Source: Maricurvus nonylphenolicus (GTDB lineage Bacteria; Pseudomonadota; Gammaproteobacteria; Pseudomonadales; Cellvibrionaceae). From it: a stretch of 64,000 bases of DNA. Position 1 is the first letter of the stretch. Each line of letters opens with the position of its first letter. A program made the translations under genes and the position numbers. Under the pieces are notes generated by a model, which had not been told where the DNA came from, did no database searches, and saw nothing but the letters and a program-made list of their open reading frames with translations. Location: positions 4,918,600 through 4,982,599 of the forward strand of contig NZ_AP031498.1 of NCBI RefSeq assembly GCF_042854845.1, given 5' to 3'. This document shows, one piece after another, positions 10,407-18,536 of the stretch.

Positions 10407-10943
10407 TTAGTCTTCGCCAATCACAATGACTTTGTCACAGTTTTGCCCACTGACTTCACACAGGGCGCGATAGGCCTTCAGTACAGTTTGGGCATCCAAA
10501 ATACTGGTGACATTACCTTCGTCATCGACGTTGACGTTGCTGCCAAAGATGGCAAACCACACCACGGCTTCCTCTGTTGCATCCTCTGCAACGGTCAGGG
10601 TGTGATGGGAGTGGGCAGGTTCAAACAAGTAGGAACCGGCTTTATTGACCTTGTCCGGATACTCCTTATAGAACCATTCACCGGATTGGGTCACAGCGAA
10701 TACCGGGCCTGTGTGGTAGTGGGTATCAATGCAGAAGCCCGGCTTAAAGCGGTTACGCACAACCCACAGGTTTTGGTTTAAGTCCACGTGCAGCAACTGC
10801 AGGGTGGAGCCATCGGGCAGCTCGACATGGGGCAGGTCTTCATCGTGAATCAGAATGGCTTCTTTGGTGTGCTCTTTGGAGACCACAGGGCCATCCATCA
10901 TGGCCATTAACATCTCTAAAGCGGGGGTATTGGTATCAGTCAT
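10407..10943 (-). CDS. cupin-fold dioxygenase, DAD-like, paralog 2
   Basis: 178 aa, about 80% identical to 3218-3766 over the conserved core. Confidence 0.6.
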   Translation of the reverse strand: MTDTNTPALEMLMAMMDGPVVSKEHTKEAILIHDEDLPHVELPDGSTLQLLHVDLNQNLWVVRNRFKPGFCIDTHYHTGPVFAVTQSGEWFYKEYPDKVNKAGSYLFEPAHSHHTLTVAEDATEEAVVWFAIFGSNVNVDDEGNVTSILDAQTVLKAYRALCEVSGQNCDKVIVIGED

Positions 10944-11003
10944 ATCAGGCTCCGGCTGGTTATTATGTTATTCAGTGTAGGCCAGGCTTTAACCCACCTC
11001 TTG

Positions 11004-11037
11004 ACTATTTACGACACCAAGTTGATTATTTACGACA
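11004..11037. promoter_or_regulatory. two direct repeats (G)A(C/T)TATTTACGACA spaced 20 bp apart between cupin paralog 2 and the AraC gene
   Basis: gactatttacgaca at 11004-11017 and gattatttacgaca at 11024-11037. This direct-repeat geometry is typical of AraC/XylS binding sites. Confidence 0.35.
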
Positions 11038-11057
11038 GCTTCCTCTAGGCTATAGCC

Positions 11058-12080
11058 ATGTATTTAATTCGCAGCGGGGCCATTGAAGGTTACTGGTCCC
11101 TGGTCAGCCGCTATCAACAAAACCCTACTGCCATCCTCGAACAGGTGGGGTTAAGTGCTGCGCAGCTACAGGAGCCGGACGCCCTGGTTTCCTATCAGCG
11201 CCTGGCAGATTTGCTGGATATCAGTAGTGAGGTGTGTAACGCGCCCCTCTTTAGCCTGCAACTGACCACCACCCAAAGTCCGATGATTTTTGGTGACCTG
11301 TCCATTCTCAGCGTACAGCAAGAATCCTTACGCGAAGTGCTCGAGGTGAGCCAACGTCATATCCATCTGCACGCTATGGGCGTGAGCGTCGATATTCTCA
11401 GCGATGAGCAATACACAGAATTTGTGTTGGACTTTGCATTCACCAACGCCTATGGCCTGCAACAACTGATTCAGCTCAGTGTCGGCCATATGTTTATTAC
11501 GGTGTGTACCGTATTGGGCGGCTACCAACCGGGCCTGCAGATACACGTGCGACAGGCGGCGCCAGATAAAAGCAAGCAGACCGAGATACCGGGGCAGTAC
11601 CAGCAGAAGATCGTTTTTAACAGCCACTTCGACGGTGTCCGCTTCCCCACGCAATGGCTGCAACGCAAACCCGCCTCGCACGAAGAAGAGTTACGGGAGT
11701 ACTTTCAGCGCCGCGTGCAATTTCTGGAACGTGCCTACCCGGATAACCTGCAAGCCCAGGCCCGCTATATCATCAGTAACCTGCTGGCCAGTGGCGAATG
11801 CACCTTGGAGCGGGTCAGCGCCGGGCTGAACCTGCACCCGCGTACCCTACAACGTAAACTGACCGATGAAGGCACCAGCTTTCGCGAACTGCTCCAAAAG
11901 AATCGCCGCGATACCGCCGAGCACTATTTGCGCTATACCAATATCAGTATTACCGATCTGGCCCTGAATCTGGGGTATGCGGAAGTGGCGGTGTTTAGTC
12001 GCCACTTTAAACAGTGGACGGGGCAGTCACCCCGGGCCTGGCAACAGGCCGCGAAACAAGGCGTTAATCCAACCGCCTAG
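11058..12080 (+). CDS. AraC-family transcriptional regulator (N-terminal effector-binding domain, C-terminal dual HTH)
   Basis: C-terminal HTH_18 signature ...DLALNLGYAEVAVFSRHFKQWTGQSPRAW. Confidence 0.8.
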   Translation: MYLIRSGAIEGYWSLVSRYQQNPTAILEQVGLSAAQLQEPDALVSYQRLADLLDISSEVCNAPLFSLQLTTTQSPMIFGDLSILSVQQESLREVLEVSQRHIHLHAMGVSVDILSDEQYTEFVLDFAFTNAYGLQQLIQLSVGHMFITVCTVLGGYQPGLQIHVRQAAPDKSKQTEIPGQYQQKIVFNSHFDGVRFPTQWLQRKPASHEEELREYFQRRVQFLERAYPDNLQAQARYIISNLLASGECTLERVSAGLNLHPRTLQRKLTDEGTSFRELLQKNRRDTAEHYLRYTNISITDLALNLGYAEVAVFSRHFKQWTGQSPRAWQQAAKQGVNPTA

Positions 12081-12183
12081 GCCTTAAGCTATAACCTCCC
12101 AGGTAATGGCAATCCGGCTGGCTCAATGGACAATGACGCCTAAGAGAGAAACTTCCTAATTTGGACAGACAACAACAGGAAAG

Positions 12184-12960
12184 ATGATGAAATCACTATT
12201 TAATGTTGAAGGTAAGGTCGCAGTGATTACCGGCGGCTCCCGCGGTATTGGCGCCATGATGGCTCGCGGTTTTGTAGAAAACGGCGTACGCACCTATATC
12301 ACCGCCCGTAAAGTAGAAGAGCTGAATGCGACCGCCGAAGAGCTGTCTGAATTTGGCGAATGTATTGCCATCCCTTCCGACCTATCCACCCTGGAAGGCA
12401 TTACCGCCTTCTGTGATGACATCAAATCACGTGAAGACAAGGTACACATCCTGATCAATAACGCCGGTGCCACCTGGGGTGCGCCGATTGATGAATTCCC
12501 TGAAGATGGCTGGGACAAGGTGATGGACTTAAACGTTAAGTCGCCTTTCTTCCTGGTCCAAGCACTACTGCCCAGCCTGCGCGCCGCCGGTACCAAAGAA
12601 GATCCCGCCCGTGTGATCAATATCGCCTCCATCAATGCCTACACCACACCGGCGATGGATAACTTCTCCTACTCCGCCAGTAAAGCAGCCATTAAACACC
12701 TGACCCAGCACCTGGCGGCCAAGCTGGTTAAAGACAATATCAACGTTAACGGTATTGCACCGGGCTTGTTCCCGAGCAAGATGACCGCGTATATGCTGGA
12801 TGAATATGAAGAGCAGATGGCGGCAGCGATTCCGCGTGGACGTATTGGTAATCCGGAAGATGCAGCGGGTACCGCGATTTATCTTTCCTCGCAGGCGTCT
12901 GCCTGGGTGACCGGTAATACCATTGTGCTGGATGGTGGCCAGGTGGCTAACGCGGGCTAA
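12184..12960 (+). CDS. short-chain dehydrogenase/reductase (SDR)
   Basis: VAVITGGSRGIG Rossmann motif, NNAG, and catalytic S...YSASK. Confidence 0.85.
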   Translation: MMKSLFNVEGKVAVITGGSRGIGAMMARGFVENGVRTYITARKVEELNATAEELSEFGECIAIPSDLSTLEGITAFCDDIKSREDKVHILINNAGATWGAPIDEFPEDGWDKVMDLNVKSPFFLVQALLPSLRAAGTKEDPARVINIASINAYTTPAMDNFSYSASKAAIKHLTQHLAAKLVKDNINVNGIAPGLFPSKMTAYMLDEYEEQMAAAIPRGRIGNPEDAAGTAIYLSSQASAWVTGNTIVLDGGQVANAG

Positions 12961-13017
12961 GTGCTCACGCTACCGAGATTCCTGACTCACGGAATTTCGG
13001 TAGCAACCATTCCAACG

Positions 13018-13764
13018 CTAATCAAAAGCCAACATCAAGCGCGTCGGAAGAATAGGCATCAACCAACGCGCGATATTCCAAAGCAGCCCGGTGATAACAA
13101 CACTGCGTTTTCGTGTCTCAATGGCTTTAACAATCGCCTTCGCCGCCACCGTGACTGACATTCCCTTATCTTCCATTGGCGTTATAACATGACCCGGCAT
13201 TATGGTGCCCGTCGTGATTGATTTGTGCAGACCGTCGCGCATTAATTCCGCATAGAGTGATTCCATATAACGGTTAATACCGCTTTTCGAAGCCGAGTAA
13301 CCCGCGTAACCATTACCCGCCATACCTCGTATAGCGGAGAGGGAAGAGGTTACTGCGATATGACCATGGCCCTGTTTTTTAAACAGTGAGATAGCCTTGT
13401 CAATACAGGCAATGGCTCCCAGCAGATTGACTTCGATCGTTTTACGCACGTCGGGGAAATTATCAGCATCGCCAACTTCGCTACCCAGATCGATACCGGC
13501 ATTGGCAAAGACAATATCCAGCCCACCAAGCCGCTGGGCCAGCTCATCAAAAACCGGGCCGACGCGATAATAGTCGGTAATATTCAAAACCTCAGTTTCA
13601 ACCCTGACACCGGGATAGCGACTGCCAAGCAGGGCCTTCATCTCAACCAGGGCTTGCCCATTCATATCTACCAGTGCCAATTGATAACCTTTGGCTGCTA
13701 ACTGCAGGCTGACCTCTTTACCGATACCGGAAGCTGCACCGACAATTAATATTCGCTTTGTCAT
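13018..13764 (-). CDS. short-chain dehydrogenase/reductase (SDR)
   Basis: ILIVGAASGIGKEV Rossmann motif, NAG, and S...YSASK. Confidence 0.85.
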   Translation of the reverse strand: MTKRILIVGAASGIGKEVSLQLAAKGYQLALVDMNGQALVEMKALLGSRYPGVRVETEVLNITDYYRVGPVFDELAQRLGGLDIVFANAGIDLGSEVGDADNFPDVRKTIEVNLLGAIACIDKAISLFKKQGHGHIAVTSSLSAIRGMAGNGYAGYSASKSGINRYMESLYAELMRDGLHKSITTGTIMPGHVITPMEDKGMSVTVAAKAIVKAIETRKRSVVITGLLWNIARWLMPILPTRLMLAFD

Positions 13765-13771
13765 TTAGGAA

Positions 13772-14947
13772 TCACTCCATAAGTAAATTAATTTTTGCTT
13801 TGAATTTGCGTTGCGAGTAACACAGCAACATAACCAGCGAAAGACTGCCGATTAACATTATATCGCTCAACACCCAGCCACGAACCAACAACCAACCCGA
13901 TGCTGCAGGCCCAAGGGCTGTGCCAACAGCCTGAAAGGCGGGCACCAGCGCTACTCGTCGGCCACAGTGATCAATTTCACTTAATGTACCCAACTGAAAG
14001 ATATCGATAAAATTCCACAGCAGGAAAAATGACAGCATGCCCAGCAAATAGATCTGCGCATTAAGCTCGACACTTAAAAAAGCAAAAGTCAGTGCCATAG
14101 CGATAAGCCCCAGCATTAATGGTTTAGATTGCCCCACACGCTCACTGAGCCAATAGGCAATCACACAGCCTGACAGTGCCAAGAAATTCCCTATGGTTAA
14201 AAAGCGGGAAACTGTCTCCCCACCGAGTCCAGCCCCCACGCCCAAGCGTTCAACATAGGTCCAGAAAGAACCCACCGCCAAATAAAAGAAAAAGATAGAC
14301 ACCAGACAAAACCAGGGGGCTAACCCACGGGAGCTAGAACCCGAATCAGCCAAAACCGGTTCTGGCTCCGATTGATAATAGCGAGATACCAGCAGGCTCA
14401 ATGGCATGACCATTAAAAAGGCTAACGTGAGTGAGACGAACACCCCCTGAGCGGAGTATTCAGCTGCAATCTTCGGCAGACAATAAAGCTCCAAGCCACC
14501 GAAAACACCTTGTGAAAACATCAGCAGGCTGAAGTTTTTTCCGGTGTGATGTGTTCCAGCCAATAGGGCAATGCCCAACGCGTAAACAATTCCGCCTCCC
14601 AAGCCCGTTAAAAAAGCCAACCCCAAGAGCACATAAAAATCTTGGGCAAAAACAACGCTTCCATTAGCCGCGCCCCCTATCAATAACCCCAACAGCAACA
14701 GAGCTTGACGGTTTACCCGTGTAACCAGTACAGATACAAGTACGGATGCCAGGATGCCACCTGCAACACCAATTGCGGCGTGATAACCCAATTGGGATTG
14801 TGTGAGGCCATAGCCGTCAGCCAAGGCGCCAGCAATGACCGGCATACCTAAAAAATGCGACAAACCCACAACGCCCATAACAATAGCCGCCACAATTTCT
14901 CTGGGATTATCTTTTTCGATGCACTGAAGGGTGTCGGAATGATTCAT
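13772..14947 (-). CDS. MFS transporter
   Basis: About 12 predicted TM helices. Start moved to the internal ATG (MNHSDTLQ...) because the track's 5' extension overlaps a conserved upstream element. Confidence 0.7.
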   Translation of the reverse strand: MNHSDTLQCIEKDNPREIVAAIVMGVVGLSHFLGMPVIAGALADGYGLTQSQLGYHAAIGVAGGILASVLVSVLVTRVNRQALLLLGLLIGGAANGSVVFAQDFYVLLGLAFLTGLGGGIVYALGIALLAGTHHTGKNFSLLMFSQGVFGGLELYCLPKIAAEYSAQGVFVSLTLAFLMVMPLSLLVSRYYQSEPEPVLADSGSSSRGLAPWFCLVSIFFFYLAVGSFWTYVERLGVGAGLGGETVSRFLTIGNFLALSGCVIAYWLSERVGQSKPLMLGLIAMALTFAFLSVELNAQIYLLGMLSFFLLWNFIDIFQLGTLSEIDHCGRRVALVPAFQAVGTALGPAASGWLLVRGWVLSDIMLIGSLSLVMLLCYSQRKFKAKINLLME

Positions 14948-15000
14948 GCTGTAACTTTCTCGGCAGGGATACACCGAGGTTACAGGTGGTTAGATAGACC

Positions 15001-15042
15001 GACTATAACGATTCTGGCCCAAGCATTGATATTTTTGGCCAG
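15001..15042. promoter_or_regulatory. conserved ~45-bp upstream element, copy A. Gene orientation: cTGGCCAAAAATATCAATGCTTGGGCCAGAATCGTTATAGTCG
   Basis: About 88% identical to copy B at 18410-18451. Contains TGGCC...GGCCA inverted arms and a TATAGT -10-like hexamer. Lies 54-95 bp upstream of the MFS ATG. Confidence 0.4.
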
Positions 15043-15072
15043 TGAGGAACTGTTAAGATTTGAATTTACAGC

Positions 15073-16158
15073 TCACGGATTACAGCCAGCTTCACGAAAT
15101 TCACCCGGGGTTTGCTGGCTCCACTTTTTAAAGGCACGCTGAAAACTGGTGACATCGGAATAGGCTAACAGATAGGCGATTTCCTGGATGGATAATTCGG
15201 TTTGCAGTAAACATTCCGAAGCCATCCCCATACGTATTTCGTTGCTGATTTCCTTGAAAGTAGTTCCCTCTTCACCCAAGCGCCGCCGCAGGGTGCGATA
15301 ACTCATATTCAGTTGCTTGGCGACTAGCTCCGGATTTTGAAGTCGGCTAGGCTGCTGTACAAGCAAGCGGCGCACCTGCTCTACCAAGCCGCTCTGCTGC
15401 TTTAAGTGTTTGAGAACCGCCTGACATTGTTGCTCGTAAAAATCCGCCTGAACAGATCCTGCTGCACTAAAATTCATGCGCATATTCAAATATTCTGCCG
15501 GAAAATAAATTTTATTTTCAGGCTGCTCATAGAAAATAGGGCAGTGTAATGCCTCTTCATACAGCTCGGCATAATCTGGTCGGGCGTAAGTCACATCAAC
15601 GCGAGAAAAGTGTACCTGCTTGCCTTCCATATTTATGTTTGTCGCATTACTGACCCACTCACCCAGCGCCACCTCGGTACAATAACGATAGAGTTTACCC
15701 GGTGGCTGGTGACAACGAATATTGATGCTCATCATTTCCTCGTCTACGTCAAAGGTTTCCTCATACAATGAATCTGCGCCCGTGATCGACTGATAGCGAA
15801 AAAACATCTGCAGCCCCTGCAACAGGGTCTCACAGGACAGGGTGGCATAACCCAAAACACCGAAATCGAGCAGTGAATTTTTGCGCCCAACTTTTAACCC
15901 AAGTGCCGGGATATCAATATTGTTTAAGCAGCGCTCCAGTAGGGCATCATAGCTTTTTTTTGATATAGCGTCGTTGGGGTCAACCAGTTGCGGCAGACTT
16001 ATACTGGCCTCTTCCAAATAAGGGCCCGCATCCTTACCATGCTCCAGCATAACTTCCATAAGGCGGGAAAGATAAACCAATGGAATACTATCGGGCTGAC
16101 TGATAACCCCTGCACTAGTTCTGAAGTTTTGCATTCTCGATACCCGCACGACTGTCAT
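15073..16158 (-). CDS. AraC-family transcriptional regulator
   Basis: C-terminal HTH (SFQRAFKKWSQQTPGEFR) and an N-terminal AraC-type binding domain. Confidence 0.8.
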   Translation of the reverse strand: MTVVRVSRMQNFRTSAGVISQPDSIPLVYLSRLMEVMLEHGKDAGPYLEEASISLPQLVDPNDAISKKSYDALLERCLNNIDIPALGLKVGRKNSLLDFGVLGYATLSCETLLQGLQMFFRYQSITGADSLYEETFDVDEEMMSINIRCHQPPGKLYRYCTEVALGEWVSNATNINMEGKQVHFSRVDVTYARPDYAELYEEALHCPIFYEQPENKIYFPAEYLNMRMNFSAAGSVQADFYEQQCQAVLKHLKQQSGLVEQVRRLLVQQPSRLQNPELVAKQLNMSYRTLRRRLGEEGTTFKEISNEIRMGMASECLLQTELSIQEIAYLLAYSDVTSFQRAFKKWSQQTPGEFREAGCNP

Positions 16159-16268
16159 TCCTGGCCAAGAATGACAGTAGCACAGTTAGGCAGACGGGAA
16201 AACCTGAACGCCTCCCTGGTAAAGGCTATCTATTGTGACGGCTGCAGCTACATGATCTTACAGATTTG

Positions 16269-16667
16269 TTATATAAACTGGTTAATAATCGTAAGTGCTA
16301 CTACTGCCAGGGAGATGGTCCCCATAAAGTCCCCCATACTGGCCCGAGGCGCTTTGTACATATCATTGGCGTACTCATAGGCAATATCGATAACCCCGAG
16401 AAATAACATCATGCCACCGGCAACCAGCGATAGTCGCTCACCCAACGGGTTACCTATCCACAATAAAGCCGCGGAAGCAAACAACAGCACCACGATAATC
16501 GCATCAGGCCAAACAAATGACTTTTCATGCAGCAGGTAGCCCTCCGGCATATGCGAAAAATCTTTATCCTTTAGGGTTGAGAAAAAGTTGATCCAGAAGT
16601 AGGCGATAAAACTACCGTAGAATAGCTCCAGTCCAATCACAACATTTAAGGGTATAAAATCAAACAT
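16269..16667 (-). CDS. small integral membrane protein (about 4 TM), function unknown
   Basis: Hydrophobicity pattern only. Confidence 0.45.
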   Translation of the reverse strand: MFDFIPLNVVIGLELFYGSFIAYFWINFFSTLKDKDFSHMPEGYLLHEKSFVWPDAIIVVLLFASAALLWIGNPLGERLSLVAGGMMLFLGVIDIAYEYANDMYKAPRASMGDFMGTISLAVVALTIINQFI

Positions 16668-16764
16668 ACTTATTCCAAATAACTAGCGGATCGTAAACCT
16701 CTCGCCTATAACCTCGGGCTAAGCCGAGGTTTGCTATCGGTGTTATCAATACAGCCTCAACGAG

Positions 16765-18306
16765 TTAGCATTCTGTTTCACTCTCAAATCGCGCTGGAAC
16801 CAAATCACGCTTGAAGACATCTTCGTAGGTTTCCCGACGTTTGATCACTTCGGCATGCTTTCCGTTAACCAGCACAGTGGCCGGACGAGGCATGGCATTA
16901 AAATTACTGGCAGAAGAGTCCTGATAGGCACCGGTGTCTAAAAAGGCCACCACATCACCACTTTCCACACTGGCAGGTAATTTGGCATTGCTGATAATGC
17001 GATCTGTATTACAACTGCATCCCACCAGATCAGCTGTCATCACCTGGTCCGGACTTAAATTATCGATGGGCTTGTCAGCCAGCATATAGCGGAAACGGGA
17101 ATGCTCCGCGACACTGTCATTCAGGAAAGAATCCGTCGTATCGGTATTCACCCAGTTAAGCTTGAGTGGTTTGGTTTGGCGTTTAATAAAAGTAACCTTG
17201 CTTAGATGTAAGCCTGCCCCGCCATAAAGCCCACGGCCCGGCTCAATTTCCAATTTTTTACCCTGCGGGTTTAAACCATTCTTGATCAGTTCAGTTCGCA
17301 GGGTGTCGGTAACGACCTGGGCGTATTCATCAATGGTTGGCGCCAGGTCGGCAAGTGGATCTGTACCAACGGGGTCAGTTGATCGGTCTAGGTTCATCAT
17401 GCTTTCAACCACTTTGTTGCGAGCATCAAACAGGCCACCAATCTTTACTCCGGCTTGCAATACGCGCGTGGTAAACCAGGCCGAGCGATCCACTTCACGG
17501 GCCGTTGGATCGCGAGGCGGTGGAAAGCCCCCACCCAAATCAATCTCCTGCGGCTCCCAACCTTCCCACTCACGCTTGAGCTGACCTAACGCACAGGCCA
17601 AGCCTTCCATTGTGCCTTTCCAGAACTCCAGATTACGTGAATGGCGCCCCTGGTGGATATGGATACCGACAAAATCTACATGCTCAGATGCCAACACTTT
17701 TTTACCCAAAGGAATCACATCTTCCATCGGCATGCCGCTTTTATACACTTGCGTCGCCACTTCGGTGGGAACGGTTTCTACCAGAAAATCTGTGGGTGCT
17801 GTCAGGGCCGGGTATTCTGGGCGCAGGCGGATACGAACGACTGCCTTTTTGCCCAAGGACTTGGCAACTTCTTCAATCAGTGGAAATTCGCTGGCATCGT
17901 CCATGGTGATCTTCACCCCATGTTCAATTGCGGTTTTCAATATATTATTACTAAAACCCACTTTGCTATTACCGTTGAGAGAGGTTTTAGCAGGATCAAC
18001 CCCGGCCTTCAGTGCTGCCCACAACTCCCCCTCACTAAACAGATCACAGCCGCATCCCTCTTCGGTAAGAATGTAACGCAAAGCCAAGGTATAGTTTGCC
18101 TTAATTGCGGGTAAAATATTTACCTCGCCTTCAGGCCAGCGATCACCAAATGCGCGCTGAAAGCCACGCGCATTTTCTCGCAGCTGGCTTTCAGAAATCA
18201 CGTACAGCGGGGTTCCAAACTTTTCAGCAAGTTCGCTGGCTACGCAGTCCTCTATCTTTAATTGGCCATTATTAATCGACAAACTGTGATCTATCTGTTT
18301 ATTCAT
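16765..18306 (-). CDS. PLP-dependent decarboxylase, Orn/DAP/Arg decarboxylase family 2 (alanine-racemase-like TIM barrel), unusually long
   Basis: N-terminal ...GTPLYVISESQLRENARGF...ILPAIKAN (PLP lysine), and a C-terminal beta-sandwich region. About 510 aa versus about 420 aa for DapDC. Start set to the internal ATG. Confidence 0.7.
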   Translation of the reverse strand: MNKQIDHSLSINNGQLKIEDCVASELAEKFGTPLYVISESQLRENARGFQRAFGDRWPEGEVNILPAIKANYTLALRYILTEEGCGCDLFSEGELWAALKAGVDPAKTSLNGNSKVGFSNNILKTAIEHGVKITMDDASEFPLIEEVAKSLGKKAVVRIRLRPEYPALTAPTDFLVETVPTEVATQVYKSGMPMEDVIPLGKKVLASEHVDFVGIHIHQGRHSRNLEFWKGTMEGLACALGQLKREWEGWEPQEIDLGGGFPPPRDPTAREVDRSAWFTTRVLQAGVKIGGLFDARNKVVESMMNLDRSTDPVGTDPLADLAPTIDEYAQVVTDTLRTELIKNGLNPQGKKLEIEPGRGLYGGAGLHLSKVTFIKRQTKPLKLNWVNTDTTDSFLNDSVAEHSRFRYMLADKPIDNLSPDQVMTADLVGCSCNTDRIISNAKLPASVESGDVVAFLDTGAYQDSSASNFNAMPRPATVLVNGKHAEVIKRRETYEDVFKRDLVPARFESETEC

Positions 18307-18409
18307 TTCGACTCCTAACACATCTCGTGATAACGAATATCGGATTTATCTGCAGGGAAGCGGCTATCCCGCAATGTTAAGACCTAGGTTACGGCCAGAA
18401 CGGCTATTC

Positions 18410-18451
18410 AGCTATAACGCTTCTGGCCCGATCATTGATCTTTTTGGCCAA
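18410..18451. promoter_or_regulatory. conserved ~45-bp upstream element, copy B
   Basis: cagctataacgcttctggcccgatcattgatctttttggccaa. It is 104-145 bp upstream of the decarboxylase ATG. A shorter CTGGCCAAAAACGAGGCCA variant sits at 21048-21066, upstream of the Fe-ADH. Confidence 0.4.
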
Positions 18452-18486
18452 CGTACGACGTAAGCTAGCCCCCAGTAAAAACTATA

Positions 18487-18515
18487 AAAAAGCCGGGCAA
18501 GCCCGGCATAAAACT
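18487..18515 (-). terminator. rho-independent terminator downstream of the TonB-dependent receptor gene
   Basis: Stem GCCGGGC/GCCCGGC with a 2-nt loop. On the minus-strand transcript it is followed by a UUUUUUAU run. Confidence 0.6.
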
Positions 18516-18536
18516 CACAGGGAGAGATTGGAGGTA

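Noticed and set aside
12961-13158. 65-aa ORF after the SDR gene, and the 95-aa ORF at 14855-15142
   Set aside because: They overlap the 3' end or start of well-supported converging genes and a conserved non-coding element. No coding signal.
16668-16764. Hairpin AACCTCGGGCTAAGCCGAGGTT as terminator of the decarboxylase gene
   Set aside because: No U-tract on the relevant (minus) transcript. It is only weakly terminator-like, so not reported as a feature.
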